Positions 1-10,277 are shown, numbered from the stretch's first letter. The stretch is 64,000 nt of DNA from Methanobacteriota archaeon (GCA_963787255.1 CAWBCJ010000029.1:896001-960000), one strand, 5' to 3'. Made by a program: numbers and translations. The notes: a model not told the origin generated them from the letters alone.

Positions 1-461
1 CTGAATATGGCGCACCTTGATTGTATAGGGTCAATAATTTTTGATGAGTAATTACATGAAAGAATAAATGATGCAGTTTTGGTATACATCTCCATTTCTC
101 TCCTTAATGCGTGCTGAGCATCCTTTGTCATGTTGTCTACTTCATCGAGGAACACAATCCTGAAAGGAGCACCTACTGCTTTTAAACGGCAGAAATTTTT
201 GATGTTAGTTCTTACGGTATCTATTCCCCTTGCATCAGATGCGTTTAGTTCTAATAAGTTCTGTCTCCAGTATTCTCCTAGAATTGACTTTGCAAGTGCA
301 ATTGCGGTTGTTGTTTTCCCAACGCCTGCAGGGCCTGTAAACATTAAATTTGGCATGCTCTGTTCTTCAACGTATTTTTTAAGTCGCGCTATTATATGAT
401 CTTGACCTACAACTTCATCTAAATTGCCTGGTCTGTACTTTTCAACCCATGGGCCGTTCAT
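1..461 (-). CDS. rfcS: Replication factor C small subunit (5' part; runs off the window edge)
   Basis: Manual translation from ATG 461 (GGTGA RBS): [11 protein letters not shown]...[12 protein letters not shown]...[10 protein letters not shown]...FLDEVD...IQSRC; all RFC boxes present. Confidence 0.95.
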   Translation of the reverse strand, partial: MNGPWVEKYRPGNLDEVVGQDHIIARLKKYVEEQSMPNLMFTGPAGVGKTTTAIALAKSILGEYWRQNLLELNASDARGIDTVRTNIKNFCRLKAVGAPFRIVFLDEVDNMTKDAQHALRREMEMYTKTASFILSCNYSSKIIDPIQSRCAIF

Positions 462-799
462 TTAATCACCGTTTGTATTTTCCTGATTATCACATTAATT
501 TAAGATTTTAGGCCTAAAAGTGTGATAAAATAAATTATAAAATTTCAATTTAAGTATAATTAGCAGTCTTTTTATCTGCATTATGGATTTGTCAGAAATA
601 GATATAAAATTTATTGTTTATGAAAAGTGATTAAAAATTATAATTAGAAAAGCAGTTTTTGAAAATAACAGCTAAATAGTGATATTAGACTATTTTATCT
701 AAAATCATTATATAATTTTGCCAATTAGGACGATTTTTTAAATTTCATTCCTTTTTATTTTAGTTAAATTATTATATTTAATTAAACTTATAATACTAC

Positions 800-1153
800 A
801 TGAAATTAAAATATACTGGAATTGGAATCGTTATTTTAATATTGGGAATAGTTGCATTTTCTGGTTGTACTCAGAATCAGCAAACTACAACTGGGCAGAA
901 TGCCCCAAATACTGTAATTATCCAAAATTTCGCATTTAATCCAGATACTCTTACTGTTCCTGTGGGAACAACAGTTACATGGATAAACCAGGAATCTGCA
1001 CCACATGATGTTGTAAGTGATACAGGAGCTTTCAAAAGCCCAAGTTTAAACACAGGAGCAAATTATACATACACTTTTAACCAGGCAGGCGAATATCCTT
1101 ATCACTGTGGAATACATCCATCAATGAAAGCTAAAGTAATCGTCAATAAATGA
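800..1153 (+). CDS. Cupredoxin (amicyanin/plastocyanin-like) lipoprotein
   Basis: Signal peptide with lipobox-like FSGC; type-1 Cu ligands PHDV and YHCGIHPSM. Confidence 0.9.
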   Translation: MKLKYTGIGIVILILGIVAFSGCTQNQQTTTGQNAPNTVIIQNFAFNPDTLTVPVGTTVTWINQESAPHDVVSDTGAFKSPSLNTGANYTYTFNQAGEYPYHCGIHPSMKAKVIVNK

Positions 1154-1173
1154 ATTTTTTAAAGTAAGATAAA

Positions 1174-1563
1174 ATGTTAAGTGAGATAGCTTATTTTCCA
1201 ATATTTGGAAAGCCGTTGATACTTTATATGGGTGTTATCACTCTTCTTTCATTCGTTATCACGGCTTCTATCGGTTTGATGATTTTTAGAGGTAGATCAA
1301 TACCTTTTAAATGGCATCCAACAATGGCAGGTATTTCTATAACTATTGGGATAATTCACGGAATTTTGGGAATATCAACAGGAAGGCCATTTATAATTCT
1401 TCTGGGTATCATTACAATATCCCTATTTCTCAGCACTGCCTCAATAGGCTTAATGATTTTTAAAGGAAGGAATATACCATTTAAAATTCATCCTACAATG
1501 GCCAGTATTGCCATAATGGTAGGAATAATTCATGGAACTTTGGGAATATCAATTTATCTATAA
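1174..1563 (+). CDS. 4-TM membrane protein made of two 58-aa repeats, each with two His 14 residues apart (putative di-heme cytochrome b-like)
   Basis: Repeats GKP...TASIGLMIFRGR.IPFKWHPTMA...IIHG and GRP...TASIGLMIFKGR.IPFKIHPTMA...IIHG; 20 bp after the cupredoxin gene. Confidence 0.75.
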   Translation: MLSEIAYFPIFGKPLILYMGVITLLSFVITASIGLMIFRGRSIPFKWHPTMAGISITIGIIHGILGISTGRPFIILLGIITISLFLSTASIGLMIFKGRNIPFKIHPTMASIAIMVGIIHGTLGISIYL

Positions 1564-1639
1564 TATTCGATCTAAAAATGAATTAAATCATTTAAATAAT
1601 TTAATTATATCAAACATATTTCTTTAATATTAAAAATAG

Positions 1640-2893
1640 TTATTTAAATAAATCATTTAGTTCCGGGTGGATTTTATCTTTAATTCCAAGCTCATCCATG
1701 GTTTTTCCATAAGAATTATTAATTACTTTAAATTCTGCACGTACTATTCCTCTAAAAGCACCGTATCCCATGACTTTACCGTAATTTTCTGTTATAATTT
1801 CAATAATCTTACTGAAATCAATGATAAGTGTTTTTTCTCTTTCATCTAAAGGAATATCTTCAACATTTTCTCTTATTTTATCAAAATCTATTGCAGAATT
1901 GCTTTTCACATCAACATCTTTAAGGATGGTTTTGCAGTCTTCTAATGGTAAAAATCTTTTTATTAGACCTCTTGCGGGGGATACACCCATGATTTTACTT
2001 GCTCCAATGGACATTGCCAAAAATATGGATTCATAAACATCTAAAATTAAATTAGCCTTTTCTTCTGGAGATTCAGGTATTTGAACATTTTCAGGTAGTT
2101 TAGGGAATGAAATTGGAGGTCTAATAACTGGAATATTGCTACCTGGTTCTTCAACTTCTTCTGGAACTTCAAGCTCTTCATCAGACATTTCTGCTTCTAT
2201 TTCGAGTTCATCTTCTACAATTGAAGGTGTTATTTCTTCATTTTCAGCACTGATCTCATCTTCTGATTTAATTTCTAAAATTTCTGTAAGTTTTTCTTTG
2301 GCCTCTTCAGAATCCAGTGATTTGAATTCTTGTGATTCAATTATTTCATCTAATTTTTCAGTTCCCACTACTTTTTCAAATGCTTCGGAAATATCTTCAG
2401 TTTCGGCAATTCTTTCAACCACTTCTTCTATTTCTGCAGGTTCTAAATCTGATGATTCAATGAGTTTATCAATTTCAGACTTTTCAGTTGATACTTCTTC
2501 TTCAACTGTTTCTGTGAAAACCATATTTTTTGTAAGTTCCATTATATTTTGTGCGGCTCTTTTTGCTGAAACCATAACAAGTCCAACATTTGCTGATACT
2601 TCCATGAGCAAGATAAAATGAACATTACCTAGATGCAAAAATAAAGCCTTTCCTTCCTTTGATTCAACTAGAACTCGCTCTATTTCACCCTGGTCTGCAG
2701 AACTAAGTAATCTTTTAGAGGAACTGGTGATTACATATGCCATTGGTCCAAAAAGAGAAGTATCTGTCCCCCTTGACATGCTATGGCATATCACATTTCC
2801 GTTGCTATCGGATATTAAACCACTTTCTACGCCATCAATTCTATTTAAATCAATCAGTATGCTCATTAGTTGGTTTTCAGTGCTTGAGTCCAT
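1640..2893 (-). CDS. Roadblock/LC7 (MglB-like) domain protein with acidic linker and C-terminal helical domain
   Basis: N-terminal LNRIDGVESGLISDSNGNVI...IERVLVESKEGKALF...NVGLV Roadblock pattern; long E/D-rich middle region. Confidence 0.85.
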   Translation of the reverse strand: MDSSTENQLMSILIDLNRIDGVESGLISDSNGNVICHSMSRGTDTSLFGPMAYVITSSSKRLLSSADQGEIERVLVESKEGKALFLHLGNVHFILLMEVSANVGLVMVSAKRAAQNIMELTKNMVFTETVEEEVSTEKSEIDKLIESSDLEPAEIEEVVERIAETEDISEAFEKVVGTEKLDEIIESQEFKSLDSEEAKEKLTEILEIKSEDEISAENEEITPSIVEDELEIEAEMSDEELEVPEEVEEPGSNIPVIRPPISFPKLPENVQIPESPEEKANLILDVYESIFLAMSIGASKIMGVSPARGLIKRFLPLEDCKTILKDVDVKSNSAIDFDKIRENVEDIPLDEREKTLIIDFSKIIEIITENYGKVMGYGAFRGIVRAEFKVINNSYGKTMDELGIKDKIHPELNDLFK

Positions 2894-3097
2894 ATAACCA
2901 CTTGTATATTTGAAAGAAGTATATCCTATGTGTATGTAGAATGTTTATTAAAAAATTATCTCCAAAATACTATTGTTTTATGATATTTAAATTAATTACA
3001 ATATCATTTTAATGTTCTGAATTTAATTGGAAAATATTAAATAATAATGATTATTCAATTTCAAAAGAGTATTGTTTAGCTTCATTTTTTTTAAATC

Positions 3098-3150
3098 AAT
3101 GATATTGACATTCAAAAAAAAAATAAAATAAAAATAAAAAAAGAAAGAGA
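3098..3150 (-). terminator. Oligo-T terminator after the hydrogenase large subunit
   Basis: Long A-runs on the + strand (T-runs on the coding strand) directly after the stop at 3158. Confidence 0.5.
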
Positions 3151-3157
3151 TTATTCG

Positions 3158-4606
3158 TTACAATACATGCCGTTTAAGGAGTACACCTTCGCTGTCATGT
3201 ATATCTACAAGTAAAGGAGATTCTCCGTTTATCATGTGAGTAGCACATGAGAGACATGGATCATAAGCTCTTACAATCATTTCAAGCTGATTTTTAAGCC
3301 CTTCAGATACTTCTTCGCCTTTAATCATGGCCTTTGCAGTTTCTCTTACACCTATATCCATTGAAAGGTTGTTTTGACCTGTTGAAACTATGAGATTTGC
3401 GCGGTTTATGTAACCTGCAGCATCTGTTTCATAATCGTGAATCAGAATTCCTCTTGTAGCTTCAATCATTCCAACGCCTCTTCTTGTTTCGCTGGATCCT
3501 TTTGCTTCTTCCCGGGTCATGAGAGTTTCTGAAAGACCTTGCCTTAAATCTGTTCCAGTAATTGAACCATCTTCAAGAAGCTGTACAGACCTTTCAGCTG
3601 CAAACATCAACTCAATTAAACGGGCATAATGGTATAGTAGAGCATTTTGGGCAATTCCATACTTATCTTTGTATTCGCCGAATAATTGGGAAGCTTTTTC
3701 AGTTGGAATGTTCTGTGCGATGTTCAATCTTGCAAGAGGCCCAACTCTGTAATTTCCTTCAGGGAATCCAATCTGTTTCAGGTACGGGAATTTGAGATAA
3801 GACCATGGCTGAACCTTTTCTTCGATGTAGTCTAAGTAATCGCTTGCTTCGAATTCGTAAACCGAATTACCGCCTTTGTCAATGACTTTAACAGGTGCAT
3901 CATAAAATTCTATATTTCCATTATTGCTTAAAGCACCGAAATGAGATTCAACAGGGCCTAAAAGTTCTATTGCTTCACTGTACTGTTCAAATAATGGTTT
4001 AGCTACTTCAACGCCCTTTTCTATAAGTCCTACGGCATCTTTAGCTTGTGATAGTAACTTTGATCGTTCTTCTTCTGTAATTCCTTTGGATTGACCGCCA
4101 GGTATAGCAGTTACAGGGCTGATTGGTTTTCCTCCAACTACGCTTGTTATATACTGTCCAATTTTTCGAGTATCTATTGCCATTTTTGCAAGCGCTGGGT
4201 CTTTTTTAAGGATACCTACAACGTTTCTGAGTGCAGGATCTGATTCCGGACCCATTACAAGATCAGGCGCCCCTAGGAAATAGAAATGAAGTGAATGTGA
4301 ATGGATGTATTGGCCTAAAAGCATAAGTTCTCTTAATTTTTGGGCAGTTTCTGGGGGCTGTAATCCAAATACCTGATCTGTAGCCTTAGCAGAAGCTAAA
4401 TGGTGCGCTGTTTGACATATGCCACATATACGTGGGGTAATTCGCGGTGCTTCTTCTACAGCAGCTCCCTCTAGAAATTTTTCAAAACCTCTTATTTCCA
4501 TTACGTGAAAGTGAGCATCTGAAACACTTCCAGAGTCATCTAATTGAACTGTGATTTTTGCGTGTCCTTCAATTCTGGTTACAGGGCTTATTTCAATATT
4601 TTTCAT
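3158..4606 (-). CDS. Group 3 [NiFe] hydrogenase large subunit, MvhA-like paralog
   Basis: TRIEGH, L1 RICGIC, HSHSLH, L2 DPCLSCATH plus a cleavable C-terminal extension; ATG 4606 after GGTGA. Confidence 0.93.
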   Translation of the reverse strand: MKNIEISPVTRIEGHAKITVQLDDSGSVSDAHFHVMEIRGFEKFLEGAAVEEAPRITPRICGICQTAHHLASAKATDQVFGLQPPETAQKLRELMLLGQYIHSHSLHFYFLGAPDLVMGPESDPALRNVVGILKKDPALAKMAIDTRKIGQYITSVVGGKPISPVTAIPGGQSKGITEEERSKLLSQAKDAVGLIEKGVEVAKPLFEQYSEAIELLGPVESHFGALSNNGNIEFYDAPVKVIDKGGNSVYEFEASDYLDYIEEKVQPWSYLKFPYLKQIGFPEGNYRVGPLARLNIAQNIPTEKASQLFGEYKDKYGIAQNALLYHYARLIELMFAAERSVQLLEDGSITGTDLRQGLSETLMTREEAKGSSETRRGVGMIEATRGILIHDYETDAAGYINRANLIVSTGQNNLSMDIGVRETAKAMIKGEEVSEGLKNQLEMIVRAYDPCLSCATHMINGESPLLVDIHDSEGVLLKRHVL

Positions 4607-4621
4607 AAATATCACCTTTAT

Positions 4622-5533
4622 TTATTTCTTGACCAGTTGAGGGATCAATGAAACCTGTTTTTCCTCCATTATGGTACTTCCAATTACAAATCCGTATATA
4701 ACATGCCCTATGTCATAAATCTGTTTTTCAACATCTTTTTCAGGCATCTTGGAAAGGTGAGCAATTCTTTTGATTACTCCATTATATAGATCGTGGCTTG
4801 GTTCTCTTAAAACATCCAGTGAAGGTCCTCCACAGCCATGACAGGGAATTCCAGCATCAGTACAGAGTGCACCGCATCTTCCAAGGGTTACTGAGCCTAA
4901 ACAAACGTATCCCTGGCTTAAGAAGCACTGTTGAGAGTCAGGATTTCCTTCTACTCTTCTATGGATTTTATCGAATTCTACGTGATCCATCCATCTTTGA
5001 CAATCTGCACAAACACTCTTTTTGGGAACATTTGGAGCTTCACCATTAATTAAAGGCAATAATATGTCTCCGGTTAATCTTTCCTTTGGAGGACAGCCAG
5101 GAATATAATAATCTACTTCAGTAAAGTCTCCTGCGGGATGAACAATAGGTAGAAGTTTTGGAACAACTTCTGAAGGCACGTCAGCTGATTCTGTACTTGG
5201 ATTATCTGAATATGTACGTGATGTTACTTCTTCAGGGCTGTATAAATCTGCCATTCCAGTTATACCGCCGTAACATGCGCATGTTCCGTATGCAATCAAT
5301 GTTTTTGATTTTTTCCTTAATTCCTCTAATCTTTCCTTGTTTTCTTCATTTCGAACAGATCCAGATACTATTGCTATATCAACATCTTCAGGAATTACTT
5401 TAGCATCAACTAATACGGGGCCATAAACTATTTCGGATTTTTCCAGTATCTGTAATAACTCTTCGTGTAAATCAAGAATCGATATTTCACAACCTGCACA
5501 ACTTGCAAGTGCTTCCATTGCAATTTTAACCAT
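4622..5533 (-). CDS. [NiFe] hydrogenase small subunit, MvhG-like paralog
   Basis: [40 protein letters not shown] and PCHGC FeS motifs. Confidence 0.92.
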   Translation of the reverse strand: MVKIAMEALASCAGCEISILDLHEELLQILEKSEIVYGPVLVDAKVIPEDVDIAIVSGSVRNEENKERLEELRKKSKTLIAYGTCACYGGITGMADLYSPEEVTSRTYSDNPSTESADVPSEVVPKLLPIVHPAGDFTEVDYYIPGCPPKERLTGDILLPLINGEAPNVPKKSVCADCQRWMDHVEFDKIHRRVEGNPDSQQCFLSQGYVCLGSVTLGRCGALCTDAGIPCHGCGGPSLDVLREPSHDLYNGVIKRIAHLSKMPEKDVEKQIYDIGHVIYGFVIGSTIMEEKQVSLIPQLVKK

Positions 5534-6087
5534 TATTTACCACCCCATTTTATAGTCAGGGTTTTAAGGCAAGCATTCGGACCAACATGGTTTATATCCA
5601 GTTTTCCTTTGATGCTCATAACTTCCTCAACTGCACCAACCATGTATCCGTATAAAAGATAACATAATGGTCCTTTTTGAGGTAATCCTGTCCTTCGCAA
5701 TGTCTGTCTTACAACACAATCCATAAATAATAGTTGCACTACTGTTTCATCGCCTTTTTCAATTGTATATCCTTCCTGATTGGTTGGTTTCCACATCTCA
5801 AAATAAAATTCAATTCCAAGTATTTCGCTCAGTTCTTTCATGGCCTTTTCCAGGTTGTCTGTTTTTTCCATGAGCTTACCAGCTTCGTGTCCCATTCTTT
5901 TCCCTGCTTGGTAAACAATAGCATTAGCTCCACGGCCGGAAACCTGTTCCAGTGCACTAGACATGGAACCTACAAATTTCATTAAAACATGCAGTGCTTC
6001 TTCGTAATCGTCGATGTCACCACCTGTTTCTTTAGGAATTAATTCAGGTTTAAAATCCCCTCTTACATCTTCCCTTTCAATTTCCAT
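5533..6087 (-). CDS. V4R (4-vinyl reductase / hydrocarbon-binding) domain protein
   Basis: YQAGKRMG helix, then DC...[16 protein letters not shown]...NAC, typical of V4R; stop overlaps the small-subunit start. Confidence 0.8.
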   Translation of the reverse strand: MEIEREDVRGDFKPELIPKETGGDIDDYEEALHVLMKFVGSMSSALEQVSGRGANAIVYQAGKRMGHEAGKLMEKTDNLEKAMKELSEILGIEFYFEMWKPTNQEGYTIEKGDETVVQLLFMDCVVRQTLRRTGLPQKGPLCYLLYGYMVGAVEEVMSIKGKLDINHVGPNACLKTLTIKWGGK

Positions 6088-6097
6088 TACAAATCCC

Positions 6098-6349
6098 TCA
6101 TATTATTTTACTTAAAGCCTTATTCACTTTTCTGTCAATGTAAAGCCTTTTAGCCACATGTATATCGTCATGTTCTAGCGCTTGGGAAGGGCAAATTTCG
6201 TGGCATGATAGACAACCCATGCAATCTGTTTCATTCACTACTACAGTTTTTCCATGTTCTTTATCCAGTTCATATACATCGTTTGGACAGTCTTCAACGC
6301 AAGATCCGCATCCTACACATGCATCTTCGTCAACTTTTATTTTTACCAT
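6098..6349 (-). CDS. 2x[4Fe-4S] ferredoxin with basic C-terminal extension
   Basis: [12 protein letters not shown] and [12 protein letters not shown]; ATG 6349 after a GGGGG RBS. Confidence 0.92.
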   Translation of the reverse strand: MVKIKVDEDACVGCGSCVEDCPNDVYELDKEHGKTVVVNETDCMGCLSCHEICPSQALEHDDIHVAKRLYIDRKVNKALSKII

Positions 6350-6426
6350 ATCAATCCCCCCGGATTTCCCTTTTTTCATTTTTTTGGAGGTTCTTAAAAT
6401 AATTGAACCTTTTTCTAAACATTACT

Positions 6427-6440
6427 TATATTAAATTCGG
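6427..6440 (-). promoter_or_regulatory. Putative BRE/TATA promoter of the ferredoxin-V4R-hydrogenase operon
   Basis: CCGAA-TTTAATATA on the minus strand about 80 bp upstream of the ferredoxin ATG. Confidence 0.5.
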
Positions 6441-6621
6441 TAATCTCAAATTTTTAAAATCACCTTTAGGGTTATTTTTTAATATAAAATCTTTTTATTA
6501 TTAAGGATTTATATTGCTCTTTATACATTTTAATACATGATAATAAGAAATTATTACTTGATAACAAAATAAATAGATTATATTTACAAAAATAATATCA
6601 AATTAGTTAATTATATTAAAA

Positions 6622-7230
6622 TTAGTTTAGTGGTGTTGTTGATACCAGTTTACAATGAGTTATGTATGCTGCTTGTTTTTTCCCTGGAGGATAACAAGTT
6701 ACTAAAAATAATCTTGCATCACCGCTTTGATCAAATTGAATAGGATTTTCTTCATAATCCCAGCGGATATCGTTGCCATTAGAAGTTACTTTATATGTAT
6801 ATTTTTTATTGGATGAATAATCTTTCACTATTACTTCATCACCAACATTAAGGCTACCTAATTTACCAAACAATCCAGAAAATTTAGTCCTATGGCTTAA
6901 AAATCCACATTCTCCACCTTGACCAGGATTTACACTCTCCGGATAATGATAAACAGCATTATACGCATTTACAGTATCCGAACGAATAGTACAATCCACG
7001 CCGATTTTTGGAATTATAAGTCTGGATTTAGTTATTCCACTTGTAGAAGTAGATCTTGTAATTGTAGGATTCAATGCATTTGTGGGTTTACTTTTGTTTC
7101 CTTGAGCATGTAATGCAGCATTATAAGAATTTAATGAATTAGATTTCTCAAAAGCAGCCATTATAATAACTGAACAAATAAGAATACTTATCACAATAAT
7201 GGCTATGGATAAAATTTTATATTTCAGCAT
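6622..7230 (-). CDS. Sortase family protein (class E/D-like)
   Basis: N-terminal TM anchor; [15 protein letters not shown] (His) and LFLVTCYP (Cys) motifs. Confidence 0.85.
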   Translation of the reverse strand: MLKYKILSIAIIVISILICSVIIMAAFEKSNSLNSYNAALHAQGNKSKPTNALNPTITRSTSTSGITKSRLIIPKIGVDCTIRSDTVNAYNAVYHYPESVNPGQGGECGFLSHRTKFSGLFGKLGSLNVGDEVIVKDYSSNKKYTYKVTSNGNDIRWDYEENPIQFDQSGDARLFLVTCYPPGKKQAAYITHCKLVSTTPLN

Positions 7231-7324
7231 TAAAACACCTAAATTAATAAGAGACTATTTATTCATATGCTATATATTTTGTTTCGAAATAAAAATTATT
7301 TAATAATTTTTTTCCAAAAATTAA

Positions 7325-8110
7325 TTATTTAGAAGTTTTATCACATTGCTCTTCGTCGGATTGCATTTTGGTTAAAACTTTATTCACTTCTCTTGCAAGA
7401 TTAGATCTTGAACTTGTAACTCTCCATGGATCGTTTATCCAGGTACAGAGCTTCAATTTAACTCCAATATCCGACAATTCTTTAACAATAACCTTTGGCT
7501 TGGGCTTTTTTAAAACACCCTCACAAGTTGAAGCTATATTTTCAAGTGATTTTATGGTTTTATCTAGTTCAAGATCGTAGGGTACAGTAATGTTTAAATC
7601 AACCCTTCTAATTTCTGATACAGTGTAATTTATGTATGGACTTGAGGAAAATATGGTATTGGGAACTTTTATTATCCTTTCATCGTAAGTAAGCAGTGTT
7701 GTAATCCTAAAACCAAGTTTAACTACTTTTCCCTTTTGATTGGAAATTTCAATAACATCTCCGACCCGCACACTCTTATCTGCAAGTATGAAAATCCCTG
7801 AAATAAAGTTTGATATGGTATCACGTGCACCAAAACCTATTGCTACACCAAAAATACCTAAACTAACTGCAATTGCTGTTAAATCAAATCCTAATTCTTT
7901 AAATATTATAAGTAGAGCAATACCATAAATTGAATATTTTATAATTTCATGGAGGGCCTGAATTAACGTTACATCAATGTCCCATTTGTTCCTTGCGATT
8001 TTAAGGAAATATACGGCCCATTTATAGATTAAAGATGCTCCAAGCAATGTAACTACTATTACTATTATATCTTGAAACCATGGTGATGTGGTCACAGATT
8101 CAAAAGCCAT
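7325..8110 (-). CDS. mscS: Small-conductance mechanosensitive channel (MscS family)
   Basis: GVAIGFGARDTISNFISGIFIL...VGDVIEI...G.V. Confidence 0.9.
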   Translation of the reverse strand: MAFESVTTSPWFQDIIVIVVTLLGASLIYKWAVYFLKIARNKWDIDVTLIQALHEIIKYSIYGIALLIIFKELGFDLTAIAVSLGIFGVAIGFGARDTISNFISGIFILADKSVRVGDVIEISNQKGKVVKLGFRITTLLTYDERIIKVPNTIFSSSPYINYTVSEIRRVDLNITVPYDLELDKTIKSLENIASTCEGVLKKPKPKVIVKELSDIGVKLKLCTWINDPWRVTSSRSNLAREVNKVLTKMQSDEEQCDKTSK

Positions 8111-8239
8111 TTAATTTCACATCCAAAAGTTTTGTGTTCTTATTTCGGTTTGTAGTTTAAATATTTTGGTAAAGAATTTTTTGACTTTTCTAATTTAATA
8201 TCATAAAACAAATAATTTCATGCAAAAATGGCGACTTTA

Positions 8240-9139
8240 TCAACGTTTTATTTCAATACTCATTAAATCTTCAGCAACTACAGAATTATCAAAAACTTCC
8301 CTTGCTTCTGCTAAAAGCAAATCGGAATTTTTGTATCTGGTACTAACGTGGGTTAAAATCAACTTTTTCACATCCGCCCTTTTAGCGATTTCTGCAGCTT
8401 GAATTGATGTGGAATGACAAGCTTTAACTGCTTTATCTCCATATTTACCTTCAAAAGTTGATTCATGTATTAAAATGTCTGCATCTTTTGCAAAATTCAC
8501 CATTTGATCAACAGGGCTTGTATCGCCAGAATAAACAATTACGCGTCCCTTTCTTTCTTTTCCAAGAACATGTTCTGGTTTTATAATTCTACTATTTATT
8601 TCTACAGGAATACCTTGTTGTAATTTCCCGAAATCAGGCCCGGGCATGATTCCAAGTTCTATGGCTTTTTCTCTTATAAATTTTGGTCTTCTTTTTTCTT
8701 CAATTTTATATGCAATGTTTAAAATGCTGTGTTTCATTGGGCAGCAGCTTATTCTGTAATTCTCTTCTTCTAAAACAATTCCTTCATTAATTTCATGCAT
8801 ATATATTTCAAATGTTAAAGAGAAATATCCAAAGTTTCTCACGTTATCAATAAGTGGAACAAGTCCTTTAGGGCCAAATATATGTAACGGTTCTTTACGT
8901 CCTCTAAAAGCCATGGATTGTATTATTCCGGGAAGGCCAAGAATGTGATCCCCGTGAAAATGGGTTATAAATATTTTACTTATTTTCATAGGGCTTATTT
9001 TGGCTTTAGACATCTGGAGCTGTGTTCCTTCGCCACAATCAAAAAGCATTATCTCTCCAAATGCTTTAAGAGATATTGCTGAATGATTCCTATGACTTGT
9101 GGGTATTGCTGATGATGTTCCTAAAAATACGAGATCCAT
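8240..9139 (-). CDS. rnz: Ribonuclease Z
   Basis: [24 protein letters not shown] exosite, [17 protein letters not shown]. Confidence 0.95.
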   Translation of the reverse strand: MDLVFLGTSSAIPTSHRNHSAISLKAFGEIMLFDCGEGTQLQMSKAKISPMKISKIFITHFHGDHILGLPGIIQSMAFRGRKEPLHIFGPKGLVPLIDNVRNFGYFSLTFEIYMHEINEGIVLEEENYRISCCPMKHSILNIAYKIEEKRRPKFIREKAIELGIMPGPDFGKLQQGIPVEINSRIIKPEHVLGKERKGRVIVYSGDTSPVDQMVNFAKDADILIHESTFEGKYGDKAVKACHSTSIQAAEIAKRADVKKLILTHVSTRYKNSDLLLAEAREVFDNSVVAEDLMSIEIKR

Positions 9140-9220
9140 TTATTTCACCTAATAAAAAAAGTATACTTGATTGGGTTAATATTTATATCTTTTATCTTAT
9201 AAGTCTAAATAGGGATTATT

Positions 9221-10052
9221 ATGAGAGATATTTTAAGGCAAATGGTTTATGAAGATGTTGGTTTTGAGGATATAACCACAAATGCTTTAATTCCAGCGGG
9301 CATGAAATCTCGTGCAAGAATAATAGCTAAAGAAGATGGTATTATAGCAGGTATTAACACTTTAAGCGATTTATTCGATGAATTTGGCGTTAAAACTACT
9401 CTTAATAAGAAAGAAGGAAATGAAGTTAAAATAAATGATATTCTAATGGAACTTGAGGGAGATGCTAGATTAATTTTAAGTTTAGAGCGTACCGCACTCA
9501 ATTTACTCATGAGAATGAGCGGCATTGCCACATTAACGCTTAATACGTTGAAAAATATACGTGAAGTTAATGATAATGTTATTTTGGCATGTACTCGTAA
9601 AACAACCCCTGGTTTGCAGTTTTTTGAAAAAAGTGCAGTTAAAACCGGTGGGGGCGATACTCACAGGTTTAGATTAGATGACTGTGTTCTTATTAAAGAT
9701 AATCACATAGAAATAGTCGGCAGTGTTGAAGAAGCTATTACTAAGGCCAAAAATAATGTCAGTTTTACCAAAAAAATTGAAATAGAAGTTGAAAATCTTG
9801 AAGACGTTGTAACTGCAATTAAAAATGGAGCGGATATTGTCATGCTTGACAATATGAGTCCTGATGAAATAAAAGATATTTTATCATCTCTTGAATCTCT
9901 TGATTTAAGGAATAGCGCTTTAATTGAAGTTTCTGGTGGAATAAAGCCGGATAATATCGTTGAATATGCTAAAACTGGTGTGGATGTCATATCTGCTGGG
10001 TTATTTAATCCACTCTGCTAAAGCGCTTGATTTGAGTCTGGAAATATTTTAA
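9221..10052 (+). CDS. nadC: Nicotinate-nucleotide pyrophosphorylase (carboxylating); +1 insertion at about 9998-10000
   Basis: CTRKTTPG, HRFRLDD, LIKDNH, EIEVE, MLDN, EVSGGI; removing one G restores ...SAGYLIHSAKALDLSLEIF* ending at 10052. Confidence 0.92.
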
Positions 10053-10200
10053 ATAATATTCTTCTTTTGTGTGTAATAATATCTGCTTCCAGATAATCTA
10101 ATTTTATATCTTATTTTTGTAAGTGGTAGTTATATTTCAAGTGAAAATAATTTCCGCCCATTAGATTTAATTGAAGGAATGGTTATAATTTACGCATAAA

Positions 10201-10277
10201 TTTATATGTGTCAATGTTTAAAATGAAACTAGGTATCAAATTCTTTAACGTGATATATAGTTTTGTATCATGTTAAA
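10201..10277 (+). promoter_or_regulatory. TATA box plus 14-bp hairpin in the putative 5' UTR of the histone-fold gene
   Basis: TTTATATG at 10201; TTTAACGTGATATA (10244-10257) pairs with TGTATCATGTTAAA (10264-10277) using two G-U pairs. Confidence 0.5.

Noticed and set aside
1-461. Possible intein in RFC small subunit
   Set aside because: The visible part is continuous through Walker A, Walker B and SRC motifs with no insertion
2136-2621. 161-aa Ser-rich ORF on + strand (likewise the 263-aa Ser/Phe-rich ORF 18075..18866 on -)
   Set aside because: Antisense shadows of Glu-rich linkers (GAA read as TTC/TCT); no RBS or independent features
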